The notes under the pieces were generated by a model. That model was given only the letters and a program-made list of their open reading frames with translations. It had not been told where the DNA came from and did not search any database. Made by a program: the position numbers and the translations under genes. From Bacteroidota bacterium (GTDB taxonomy: Bacteria > Bacteroidota > Bacteroidia > UBA8524): a stretch of 63,669 nucleotides of DNA. Positions 38,001-46,489 of this stretch are shown in pieces. How positions within the stretch are numbered: the first letter of the stretch is position 1; each line of letters opens with the position of its first letter. The stretch lies in the NCBI GenBank assembly GCA_036676705.1, contig JAKFCJ010000178.1, positions 1-63,669 on the forward strand, given 5' to 3'.

Positions 38001-38813
38001 ATGGTAAAGATTAAAATTTCTGTCGTCTTCCTGATCGCAAGTTCCTTATCTTCTTGCACGACTTATTATTACGCGCCGCTGCCACTAGCTAATCCCATGT
38101 TTACGGAAAAAGGAGAAATGCAGGTACAAGGCGGAGTGAATCTTACTCATATTCAGGGTCAGTACTCCTGGTCACCACTCAAAAATGCCTCATTCACGTA
38201 CGGATTTTCGAAAGTTCATCCTTCAGCGGGGATGGGAAGCAGCCACGGATTAAGGCTGCAACATTATGGAAGATTCAGGTCTGACTACCATGCCTACTAT
38301 CAATTAGGTCTGGGATTTGAAATAGGTTCTCTGCACAATACTTACCTTGAGAACCAGAGCGGGTTTATCTTTCCTGCAATAGTTGTAACGGCTATTTCTC
38401 GCTATTCAGGACCATCCCTAAATACAGGAGTTTATTGGGATATGCCGGAGCACCATACCCGGTTTGGTGTGGATCTCGAAGTGACCTCAGCCCGATATGC
38501 TTTCCTTGAAAAGCGGACCTACCATCCCGATTCAACCGGCTCACCGCCAACAAGCCATTTGTATAACCGGAATGAGCCTATTAATAAGGTGATTTACAGT
38601 GCTTCCCTTTCCAGTCGTTATAACAGTCCAAACGGACGTTATTTTCTGAAAGCCAGTATTGGAATTCGGAAGTTTAGCGCAGAGCTTGAACTCTATAACA
38701 TGAACCCTGACTACCCGGACCAAAAACAAAACACCTATTTTACTGCGTCTGAGGTAATCTTTTCCATACACTTGGGAATTAACCTTCATAACCTAAATTT
38801 CAAAAAGCGCTAA
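38001..38813 (+). CDS. Predicted lipoprotein, tandem paralog 1 of 4 (unrecognised family)
   Basis: ATG 38001 gives MVKIKISVVFLIASSLSSC (lipobox), followed by CTTYYYAPLPLANPMFTEKGEMQVQG. The body is beta-strand-like. Confidence 0.7.
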   Translation: MVKIKISVVFLIASSLSSCTTYYYAPLPLANPMFTEKGEMQVQGGVNLTHIQGQYSWSPLKNASFTYGFSKVHPSAGMGSSHGLRLQHYGRFRSDYHAYYQLGLGFEIGSLHNTYLENQSGFIFPAIVVTAISRYSGPSLNTGVYWDMPEHHTRFGVDLEVTSARYAFLEKRTYHPDSTGSPPTSHLYNRNEPINKVIYSASLSSRYNSPNGRYFLKASIGIRKFSAELELYNMNPDYPDQKQNTYFTASEVIFSIHLGINLHNLNFKKR

Positions 38814-38863
38814 ACAGCGAATCATCCATAAAAGGTGTCTGAAAATTATGTAAAGCCAAGAGT

Positions 38864-39649
38864 ATGAAAACGTTCCCTGCGTTCTTTCTGTTTTGCGCAC
38901 TCTTCGTGCTGCATGCTTGTTCCCCCTACCACTATGCTCCCCAACTTCCGGCCACCCCTATGTTCACGGATGGCGGACAGTGTGAAATCCAGGGTTCCCT
39001 GGGTTTTAATCATGGACAGGCTCAGGTCTCCTATTCTCCAATTAAAGGACTGGGCATCAGTTCAAACCACTTTATTTCTTACGACAGCGGAATGGCGCAC
39101 GGGTTAACCTTGTATTACTATAAAAAACTAAGGAGCAGTCCGATTCTCGCAACATTCAAAATTGGTTATGAACGCGGATTATTAACCAACTCGCTGTCTA
39201 TCTTTCAATTGAGCGCATCAGGAACAAAAAATTACAAAACGAGCAACTACTATTCAAATTTGGTTTCGGCCGGAATTTATTGGAAAACCAATAAACGTAT
39301 TTGGTTCGAGTTGGACCTTACATTAACCAAAACCACCTTTATTTCAGTTAATAATCATGAAATCGAATGGGAACGGAATAATGTATCTCATGCCTATTTT
39401 ACAAATTTCGGACAACTGGAACGGGTTACTTATGGCACAATGGTTTCCATGAGATTTGATGGCAAACGTGGTCGATTTTTCCTGAAACAGAGTTTAGGGA
39501 TCAATTTGACTTTGTCAAACCCTATAAAGCTCATTAATTCCGATGCGTCCTATTCTCAAATTCAAACGTATTACTATACTAAAACGCTGTATAACGATTA
39601 TTTTCTATGGATGATAACTGTTGGTTTACGAATCGGGAAAACGAAATAA
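38864..39649 (+). CDS. Predicted lipoprotein, tandem paralog 2 of 4
   Basis: MKTFPAFFLFCALFVLHAC, then CSPYHYAPQLPATPMFTDGGQCEIQG. Ends ...ITVGLRIGKTK. Confidence 0.7.
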   Translation: MKTFPAFFLFCALFVLHACSPYHYAPQLPATPMFTDGGQCEIQGSLGFNHGQAQVSYSPIKGLGISSNHFISYDSGMAHGLTLYYYKKLRSSPILATFKIGYERGLLTNSLSIFQLSASGTKNYKTSNYYSNLVSAGIYWKTNKRIWFELDLTLTKTTFISVNNHEIEWERNNVSHAYFTNFGQLERVTYGTMVSMRFDGKRGRFFLKQSLGINLTLSNPIKLINSDASYSQIQTYYYTKTLYNDYFLWMITVGLRIGKTK

Positions 39650-39800
39650 CTCAGGGATATGAAGAACATGCGTTAATAAGGTATCAGGAAGCAGTACCCT
39701 TAGCGAACGGAATTCAAATTGGGGGTTTAGGTATAAAATTACGTCTTAAGAACAGCAAGTCGTTCATAAAGAAGACCGAAGCCAATGTAAAACCAAGACT

Positions 39801-40589
39801 ATGAAAACGTTCCCTGTTCTCTGTTTCTTTTTTTCAATGCTTTCGTTAAGTTCCTGTTCGCCGTATCAATATGTGAGTCCGTTACCAAGTGCGCCCCAGT
39901 TTACGGAAAGCGGAGAAATACAGGGGCAAATCGCCATTGGTCGGAATCATTATGAGGTGCAAGGATCGGCTTCCTTTTTGAAAAATTTTGGGGCAAGTTT
40001 TAACGCATTTAATGCCCCCCATTCCGCTATTCGCAGTTATACCGTTCACTATTTTCGTCAGAGTAAAAGATGGCCAGACTTATTTGTAACTGGCTTTGCA
40101 GGGTATGATAAAGGGAAATTGCACAATGACGACCACTACACTTTTTTTGGTGGGTTAAGCCACCGTGTGGTCATTCATTCCAACTATGAAACCTTTCGAG
40201 CCGGTGGTGGATTCTATGTAAGTCCGCATGATAAAAGGATTCAATACGGTTATTCGCTCAACTTCCAGCAAATTCAGTTTTATCGTTTAGATGCCAATCA
40301 TATACCGCTTATTTGGGCCCCTTATTTTACATACTCCCTCAAGGAAACACAGCGTTACTATTTAGCAAGTCCGAATTTCAGCATCACCGTTTTTTCGAAA
40401 AACAGGAATTTCTACCTCCGTCACCATCTGCTTCTTGAAATACCGATTTCGGACCCCTTAACCACCGAGTTTCATAACAGCCGTGACCGCTATCCGGAAA
40501 CAGCGACAACCCGACCCATGATGAGTCCTTTTTGTATCTCGATCGCCGTTGGAATGCGGCTTGTGCCAATGAACTTATTTAGGAACTGA
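39801..40589 (+). CDS. Predicted lipoprotein, tandem paralog 3 of 4
   Basis: MKTFPVLCFFFSMLSLSSC, then CSPYQYVSPLPSAPQFTESGEIQGQ. The 32 nt around the start are 30/32 identical to paralog 2. Confidence 0.7.
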   Translation: MKTFPVLCFFFSMLSLSSCSPYQYVSPLPSAPQFTESGEIQGQIAIGRNHYEVQGSASFLKNFGASFNAFNAPHSAIRSYTVHYFRQSKRWPDLFVTGFAGYDKGKLHNDDHYTFFGGLSHRVVIHSNYETFRAGGGFYVSPHDKRIQYGYSLNFQQIQFYRLDANHIPLIWAPYFTYSLKETQRYYLASPNFSITVFSKNRNFYLRHHLLLEIPISDPLTTEFHNSRDRYPETATTRPMMSPFCISIAVGMRLVPMNLFRN

Positions 40590-40594
40590 AAACG

Positions 40595-41428
40595 ATGATA
40601 ACCTTGCGACAGGTGGACCTGTGTTTCTTTTTACCGGCGATCCTGTTTCTTTTACTCTCCTCCTGCACGGGTTATCACTATGTTTCACCTGTACCCAGTG
40701 CTCCTCAATTTGAAAAAGCCGGAGAACTCCAGGGCCAGCTCTTTGCCTCATTTACACAAGTCGGTTTTCAGGGTTCCTTTGCCGTCACTTCTTATCTGGG
40801 GGCTTCCTATGCAGGTTATCGCTCCGGGCCAAACAACAAAACAGACAGCTATACCCTTCATTCTTACTACCGGCCAGGCAAAAAGTCGAATTTGTTTCTT
40901 AGCGCCTTTGTGGGCTATTCAATCGGAAAATATAGTGACGTTCATTCCTCCAACAATGCCCTTTTATCACCGGGAACTAAAACAGAATGGCGCAATCATT
41001 CGAATTACGAAATGTGGAATGGGGGCTTTGGATTCTATTTCCGCCCAAAGGAAGGCAGATGGCAGGTTGGATTTCAACTCGACTATAAAGAATTCCGGTT
41101 TTTTCAAATGCAGACTGAATATTTCGAGACCTATCGTACCCAAACGATTTATAAAAAGACACTTCTGGCCTGGCCCCAGGACCACGTTGTCATGAGTCCT
41201 TCACTCATTTTCACGCTTGCAAGTGAGAGTGGTTATTTTTTCTTTCGGCAGATAACTTCATTTGACCTGGGAGGAGGCTCTTTGCGTGTTTACCAGAGCC
41301 AGGGTGGTCCGATAAACACATTAGTCGGTACTATGGAGCCCAAAAAACCTTCTATATATTTATATTGCTCAGCCGGAATCCGACTTAGCGTCTATCAGGA
41401 ACTAAAAAAAATTCTTCCGGTCAGGTAA
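40595..41428 (+). CDS. Predicted lipoprotein, tandem paralog 4 of 4
   Basis: MITLRQVDLCFFLPAILFLLLSSC, then CTGYHYVSPVPSAPQFEKAGELQGQ. Starts 5 nt after paralog 3. Confidence 0.7.
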   Translation: MITLRQVDLCFFLPAILFLLLSSCTGYHYVSPVPSAPQFEKAGELQGQLFASFTQVGFQGSFAVTSYLGASYAGYRSGPNNKTDSYTLHSYYRPGKKSNLFLSAFVGYSIGKYSDVHSSNNALLSPGTKTEWRNHSNYEMWNGGFGFYFRPKEGRWQVGFQLDYKEFRFFQMQTEYFETYRTQTIYKKTLLAWPQDHVVMSPSLIFTLASESGYFFFRQITSFDLGGGSLRVYQSQGGPINTLVGTMEPKKPSIYLYCSAGIRLSVYQELKKILPVR

Positions 41429-41475
41429 CTTTTTATATTCCTGTTGCGTCATCTTTGTGGTTAAACCTAAATTAT

Positions 41476-42519
41476 ATGAAAAGAATTGTACTCGCTATGA
41501 GCCTTGCTGGTTGTGTTACCACGGGCTTTGCTCAAACACCGAACATGGAGATCCGGCGCTCCGACATTAGTTATACCGGAAAAAGTTTTCAATACCAGGA
41601 GGATACTTCTGTTGTGCTTCCACTAAACTTCCAGGCTACCGGACAAAACCTCAGATGGGATTTTAGTGTATTGGATAATAATTTCTCCAAAACTACCCTC
41701 TTTATTGCTGCTGATTCCAATAATGGTGGCAGTGACGTTAACGGATGTAATCTGGTTATTCAGGATGATGATCAGGTCGATGAGTTCACCTATGTCGAAG
41801 ATGCTGACTCTGTCCTGAAGGCCTTGAATAACTCCATGGATACGACTGCAGCTACATCCGATTTTCATCCCAGAATGTTGATCTTTCCTCTGGTTTATGG
41901 TTCTGCCTGGTCAGATTCCACCCGTTCCGATAATACCTATCCGGGTTCTGATTTTGGTGCTCCGGTTGATTCTATTCGTGTGCAGGTCTATGTCCTTGTC
42001 AACAATTCATGCGATGGACATGGTCAACTTTTGCTTCCGGTAGACAGTGTTGAAGCCTTGCGTTTAAAAACGGATGTGTATGTTGAGGTTGATATTTCTG
42101 CCTATACCACCATCACGGGTTGGTTCCCGGTACAAAATTCAACTGAAGGACAAACCAGCTATGTTTTCTTTAACAAAGAAGGTGGGTATTACGCCGCTTC
42201 ACTTACCTTAAAAGCAAATCAGCCAAATATCGGGGAAATTGTATACCGTTCTTCGAACGTAATGAGCGTGAAAAATCCAACAGAGAAGGAACAAACACTT
42301 CTTTACCCGAACCCGGCTCAAAACCATTTCCGGATCGAAGCGAAACAGGCCGGTAGCCTGCAGATCTTCGACTTACAGGGCAAACTGGTTCAGGCTAATG
42401 TGGGACTCGAAGAAGGAACAAACCGCATTGAAACAGGAGCGCTTCAACCAGGTCAGTACCTGGTGGTTATCCTTTATCAGGATGGAACTTCATCCGTTAA
42501 CCGCATTGTTAAAAACTAA
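41476..42519 (+). CDS. Secreted protein of unknown function with a T9SS C-terminal sorting domain
   Basis: ATG 41476 gives MKRIVLAMSLAGCVTTGFAQ, a signal peptide. C-terminus LLYPNPAQNHFRIEA...LQIFDLQGKLV...PGQYLVVILYQDGTSSVNRIVKN is typical of type A T9SS sorting domains. Confidence 0.75.
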   Translation: MKRIVLAMSLAGCVTTGFAQTPNMEIRRSDISYTGKSFQYQEDTSVVLPLNFQATGQNLRWDFSVLDNNFSKTTLFIAADSNNGGSDVNGCNLVIQDDDQVDEFTYVEDADSVLKALNNSMDTTAATSDFHPRMLIFPLVYGSAWSDSTRSDNTYPGSDFGAPVDSIRVQVYVLVNNSCDGHGQLLLPVDSVEALRLKTDVYVEVDISAYTTITGWFPVQNSTEGQTSYVFFNKEGGYYAASLTLKANQPNIGEIVYRSSNVMSVKNPTEKEQTLLYPNPAQNHFRIEAKQAGSLQIFDLQGKLVQANVGLEEGTNRIETGALQPGQYLVVILYQDGTSSVNRIVKN

Positions 42520-42523
42520 ATAA

Positions 42524-42588
42524 GTTTTCAGTGTTCAGTTTTCAGTTTTCAGTGAGTCTTGCTGAAAACTGAAAACTGAAAACTGAAA
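42524..42588 (+). terminator. Near-perfect 27-bp hairpin built from TTTTCAG heptamers
   Basis: Left arm gttttcagtgttcagttttcagttttcag, loop tgagtcttg, right arm ctgaaaactgaaaactgaaaactgaaa. Lies between the T9SS cargo gene and hldD. Confidence 0.65.
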
Positions 42589-42593
42589 TCTCC

Positions 42594-42601
42594 TACCTTT
42601 G
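42594..42601 (+). promoter_or_regulatory. -7 promoter box (TACCTTTG) for hldD
   Basis: Exact TAnnTTTG match 10 nt before the ATG at 42612, implying a very short leader. Confidence 0.5.
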
Positions 42602-42611
42602 CCGGGAGAAT

Positions 42612-43577
42612 ATGATAGTAATCACCGGCGCCGCAGGATTTATTGGGAGTTGTTTGGTAAAACGACTCAACGAAGACCGTTTTTTCGACCTGGTATTGGT
42701 CGACGACTTTTCAAATCCGGCCAAAGAAGCCAACCTCGAGGATAAAATTTATCAGGAGAGGGTACATCGGAAAGACTTTTTTTCCTGGCTCGACAAAAAC
42801 GAAAGCCAGGTCCAGTTTATTTTTCATATCGGGGCACGTACCGATACCACCGAGTTCGATGTGAATATCTTTAACGAACTCAACCTGAATTATTCCAAAA
42901 CCATGTGGCTCAAGTGCGTTGAATACGGACTCCCGCTGGTTTATGCTTCGTCAGCCGCCACCTACGGACTTGGTGAACTGGGTTATAAGGATGATGAATC
43001 GCTTGTTGCTCAACTTAAACCCCTCAATCCATACGGAGAATCGAAAAACGATTTTGATAAATGGGCCCTGGCCCAGGAAAAAAAGCCTTATTTCTGGGCG
43101 GGACTTAAATTCTTTAATGTTTATGGCCCGAATGAATACCATAAAGGCCGCATGGCATCTGTTATTTTTCACGGATTTAACCAGATCAAGGAAACCGGCA
43201 CCCTCAAACTTTTCCGCTCCCACCGTCCTGACTACACCGATGGCGGACAAAAACGTGATTTTGTATATGTGAAAGACGTAGTGAATGTGTGCCACTGGCT
43301 TATGCACCACCGCAAAAATTCAGGCTTGTATAACCTGGGCTCGGGCACAGCAAGGACCTTTTTAGACCTGGCAAACGCTACCTTCAAAGCCATGGGAAAA
43401 GAGCCGAATATTTCATTTATCGATACGCCTGCTGATATCCGTGATAAGTACCAATATTTTACTGAGGCCGATATGAGCAAGCTGAAAGGGATCGGGTATC
43501 CTTATCCGTTTACTTCCCTTGAAGACGGGGTGGAGGATTATGTGAAGGGGTATTTGGAAAGTGGCTATAGGCTATAG
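42612..43577 (+). CDS. hldD: ADP-glyceromanno-heptose 6-epimerase
   Basis: MIVITGAAGFIGS Rossmann motif, ASSAATYG and YGESK (SDR Ser and YxxxK); 321 aa. Confidence 0.8.
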   Translation: MIVITGAAGFIGSCLVKRLNEDRFFDLVLVDDFSNPAKEANLEDKIYQERVHRKDFFSWLDKNESQVQFIFHIGARTDTTEFDVNIFNELNLNYSKTMWLKCVEYGLPLVYASSAATYGLGELGYKDDESLVAQLKPLNPYGESKNDFDKWALAQEKKPYFWAGLKFFNVYGPNEYHKGRMASVIFHGFNQIKETGTLKLFRSHRPDYTDGGQKRDFVYVKDVVNVCHWLMHHRKNSGLYNLGSGTARTFLDLANATFKAMGKEPNISFIDTPADIRDKYQYFTEADMSKLKGIGYPYPFTSLEDGVEDYVKGYLESGYRL

Positions 43578-43586
43578 GCTACAGGC
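43563..43586. repeat. GCTATAG heptamer tile (three copies) spanning the hldD stop codon
   Basis: ggctataggctataggctacaggc, read directly. Confidence 0.7.
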
Positions 43587-43641
43587 TTTTATGGAAAGCA
43601 ATCCAACTCTTCAACCTTCAACTAGCGTAGCGTTCAACCCC

Positions 43642-44412
43642 CTAAAACCTCTCATTTTCTCCCAACGAAAACAGGGCATAATCAAATTTCACCGGGTCAA
43701 GCGGATCAAGCTCCCTGAGAAAGGTGGTCAGTTCCATGGCGCACTGCCAGTCGGCCTGTTTCCTTTTGATCATACCTAATCCTGAGGCAACACGGTGAAC
43801 ATGCGTATCGAGCGGACAAACCAATTCGGAAAGGGGAATTTTCTTCCATAAACCAAAATCCACACCCGAATCATCAGGCCGAACCATCCAGCGCAGGTAC
43901 ATGTTCAGGCGTTTGCAGGCGCTCTTTTTGGCCGGGGTGGCCACATGTTTTTGGGTGCGTTGGGGCGCATCGGGAAGGGAGAAAAAGGTTTTATGGAAAC
44001 CCGTCAATGCCTTTTCCATACCAGGAAAATGTCCTTTTTCATCAAGAAAGGCAGCTTCCAAACTAGTTTCCTTCCGATAATACTGCTGGAGAAATTCCAG
44101 GAAATAAAGCAGGTCGGTATCGTTGAAAGTCCGGTGAACAAAACCCAAAAAACGTTTCCTGTCCGTTTCCTGATGACCCACGATAAATGCATGGGGCGTA
44201 TTGTCCATCCATTCGGCCAGTTTCAGGCAGTTTCGGATGATGGTCGTACGTTGTCCCCAGGCCAGGCTCGCGGCAAAAAAACCCATGATCTCCCTGTCCT
44301 GTTGATTGGAATAACGATGAGGTATCGAGATCGGGTCTTTGGCTATGAATTCAGGTTTTTCGTAGTGTCTTACCCTTTCCTCCAAAAAGTCCTGAAGTTT
44401 GCGTTTATTCAT
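43642..44412 (-). CDS. Conserved hypothetical protein (TIGR02757/DUF2400-like)
   Basis: 256 aa with FFAASLAWGQR, PLDTHVHRVA and DPVKFDYALFSLG, which resemble that family as I recall it. Confidence 0.55.
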   Translation of the reverse strand: MNKRKLQDFLEERVRHYEKPEFIAKDPISIPHRYSNQQDREIMGFFAASLAWGQRTTIIRNCLKLAEWMDNTPHAFIVGHQETDRKRFLGFVHRTFNDTDLLYFLEFLQQYYRKETSLEAAFLDEKGHFPGMEKALTGFHKTFFSLPDAPQRTQKHVATPAKKSACKRLNMYLRWMVRPDDSGVDFGLWKKIPLSELVCPLDTHVHRVASGLGMIKRKQADWQCAMELTTFLRELDPLDPVKFDYALFSLGENERF

Positions 44413-45112
44413 ACATTCCGGGTCGAAAGGGCGAAGTTTCCTGATTGATCACGATGGCTTTCCGGGCATAACGGATACCCAAATAAAGGGAAAGGAAGGC
44501 TCCTATGGAAATGCCGGGAATATTGCGGATAAACAGGAAAAAGTCATAAGCGCCATGGAGCAGGCTGGCGATGAACCAGCCCATCAGGATATACAGCAGG
44601 CGGTTGCTGCTGAATTTGCTGTTGCCGACAAAAAAGCCCATCAAAATGGCAAAAGTCGCATGGGCCGGAACTGCGGAGAACATGCGGAGCAGGGCGATCC
44701 AATGGCTTTCTTCGGGTCTGGTATTAACATAAACATAGATCAGGTTCTCGGCCGTGGCAAAGCCCATGGCTACAGCTGTTGAGTACACAATGCCATCGAA
44801 GGGTTCATTGAAGGCCTTGTTCGGATAAAAAAAGAGCAAAACCACCAGGAGTTTTACCGATTCTTCCGTGGCGCCTACCGAAACAAAGGCATAAAAAGCC
44901 GTTTGAAACAAATTGCTGTCGGAGATTCCAAATCCATAATGGTTCCATAGGATATTGGCCCCTAAAACCAGCAGAGTCGAGGCCGCTCCGCCAATAAATG
45001 CCAGGAACAACAGCGATAAGGGTTCTTTTTCGTACTTATCCTTGAGATAGATCCAGACCAGGATTAAAAATCCCGGACCAAGGGTAAGAGCCAGGAGCCC
45101 AAACTCGCTCAT
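44405..45112 (-). CDS. PrsW-family intramembrane protease
   Basis: Polytopic membrane protein with the GATEESVKLL (EExxK) and LLHGAYDFFLF (HxxxD) signature motifs. Confidence 0.75.
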   Translation of the reverse strand: MSEFGLLALTLGPGFLILVWIYLKDKYEKEPLSLLFLAFIGGAASTLLVLGANILWNHYGFGISDSNLFQTAFYAFVSVGATEESVKLLVVLLFFYPNKAFNEPFDGIVYSTAVAMGFATAENLIYVYVNTRPEESHWIALLRMFSAVPAHATFAILMGFFVGNSKFSSNRLLYILMGWFIASLLHGAYDFFLFIRNIPGISIGAFLSLYLGIRYARKAIVINQETSPFRPGMYE

Positions 45113-46248
45113 CCAATGGCCTGGGCTAGATCTTCGATAAGGTCATCACCATCTTCTATGCCCACACTCAGGCGGATCAAGGAGTCACGGAGACCGGCTT
45201 TTTCACGCTCGGCTTTGGGTATGGATGCGTGGGTCATGGTGGCAGGGTGCCCCAATAAAGACTCTACCCCTCCCAATGACTCGGCGCAGGCAAAAAGTTT
45301 GGTGGATCCGGCAAATTTCATCGCCGCTTCAACGGAGTCTTCTTTAAGTTCAAAGGAGATCATTCCGCCAAAATCGCGCATTTGTTTTTTGGCGATGTTG
45401 TGGTTGGGATGATCGATAAATCCGGGCCAGAATACTTTGGCCACCTTGGGATGATTTTTCAGATAATGGGCGATTTTGGCTCCGTTCTCGCAGTGGCGTT
45501 GCATGCGGATATGCAGGGTTTTGATCCCTCTCAGCGCCAGGAAACAATCCATGGGTCCGGGAGTTGCTCCGGAGGCATTCTGGATAAATTCCAGCCGTGT
45601 TTTCAGTTCTTCATCCGAACAAAGCAAGGCCCCCATCACCACATCCGAGTGTCCGGCAATGTATTTGGTGATGGAATGCATGACGATATCGGCACCCAGG
45701 TCCATGGGGTTTTGCAGGTAAGGGGAAGCGAAGGTATTATCGACTGCCAGCAGGGCGCCATGTTTTTTGGCGATGGATGCCATGGCGGCGATATCGATGA
45801 TTTTCAGGGTAGGATTGGTGGGTGTTTCTGCCCAGATGAGTTTGGTTTTGGAGGTGATGGCCGCTTCAACCAACTCCGGTTTGGTCATATCCACGAAGGT
45901 GAATTTGATCCCAAAAGGTTCGTACATTTTGGTGAAGATCCGGAAAGTGCCGCCGTAGAGGTCGTTGGTGGCCACGATTTCATCCCCTGCTTTAAACAGT
46001 TTGCATACCGCATCTATGGCACCCATTCCCGTTGAAAAGCAGAGGCCATATTTCGCATTTTCCAGGGCAGCCAATTGGTCTTGCAATTGGGTACGGGTCG
46101 GGTTATGCGTTCGGCTATACTCATATCCTTTGTGCTGGCCAGGAGCCGATTGCACATAGGTAGAGGTCTGGTAAATAGGGGTCATGATGGCGCCCGTGGT
46201 CGGGTCGGGATGCACTCCGGCGTGGAGCACTTTTGTTCCAAATTTCAT
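45109..46248 (-). CDS. Cys/Met-metabolism PLP-dependent enzyme (cystathionine gamma-synthase/lyase family)
   Basis: ATG 46248 gives MKFGTKVLHAG. HSITKYIAGHSD carries the PLP-binding Lys. The upstream extension to 46338 is encoded by tile repeats. Confidence 0.85.
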   Translation of the reverse strand: MKFGTKVLHAGVHPDPTTGAIMTPIYQTSTYVQSAPGQHKGYEYSRTHNPTRTQLQDQLAALENAKYGLCFSTGMGAIDAVCKLFKAGDEIVATNDLYGGTFRIFTKMYEPFGIKFTFVDMTKPELVEAAITSKTKLIWAETPTNPTLKIIDIAAMASIAKKHGALLAVDNTFASPYLQNPMDLGADIVMHSITKYIAGHSDVVMGALLCSDEELKTRLEFIQNASGATPGPMDCFLALRGIKTLHIRMQRHCENGAKIAHYLKNHPKVAKVFWPGFIDHPNHNIAKKQMRDFGGMISFELKEDSVEAAMKFAGSTKLFACAESLGGVESLLGHPATMTHASIPKAEREKAGLRDSLIRLSVGIEDGDDLIEDLAQAIG

Positions 46249-46261
46249 GGCGCGAAGATAA

Positions 46262-46300
46262 GTAAAAGGTAGGGAGGATTGGAGGATGGGAAGTAGGGAA
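46262..46300. repeat. Tile array (GGTAGGGA / GGAAGTAGGGAAG words) directly upstream of the PLP-enzyme gene
   Basis: The minus strand reads cttccctacttcccatcctccaatcctccctaccttttac and ends 13 nt before the ATG. Confidence 0.7.
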
Positions 46301-46481
46301 GACGATGGGCATAGTGGTGAGCCGGCTTCGCTCGGCAAGTTTGGTTTAACCCGGATGAATCTGCACGAGCTTCGGCAGACGCGGTGGGGAGATGAGGCGC
46401 CAAAAAGTCCGTCATGCTGAGCATGCCGAAGTATGACGGACGGGGCAGAATTTTCAGGGGGAGTATACCAGTTCCGATCCC

Positions 46482-46489
46482 TATATTTG
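46482..46489 (+). promoter_or_regulatory. -7 promoter box (TATATTTG)
   Basis: Exact TAnnTTTG match 22 nt before the ATG at 46512. Confidence 0.45.

Noticed and set aside
39607-39804. 65-aa ORF bridging paralogs 2 and 3
   Set aside because: It overlaps the end of paralog 2 out of frame and otherwise covers the spacer. It has no signal peptide or motif.
40680-41195. 171-aa alternative-frame ORF within lipoprotein paralog 4
   Set aside because: It lies on the same strand but out of frame with an ORF that has a lipobox and family motif. It has no signal or conserved features. The ORFs 42919-43272 and 42951-43310 inside hldD were rejected for the same reason.
45382-46035. 217-aa plus-strand ORF inside the PLP-enzyme gene
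   Set aside because: It is antisense to a conserved Cys/Met PLP-enzyme gene. Its Gly/His/Phe-rich low-complexity translation is typical of a shadow frame.
46249-46420. Expected SAM or other riboswitch upstream of the Met/Cys-pathway PLP enzyme
   Set aside because: I could not recognise the conserved SAM-I core or any other riboswitch consensus by eye. The region is dominated by tiles and simple hairpins and needs a covariance-model scan before any call.
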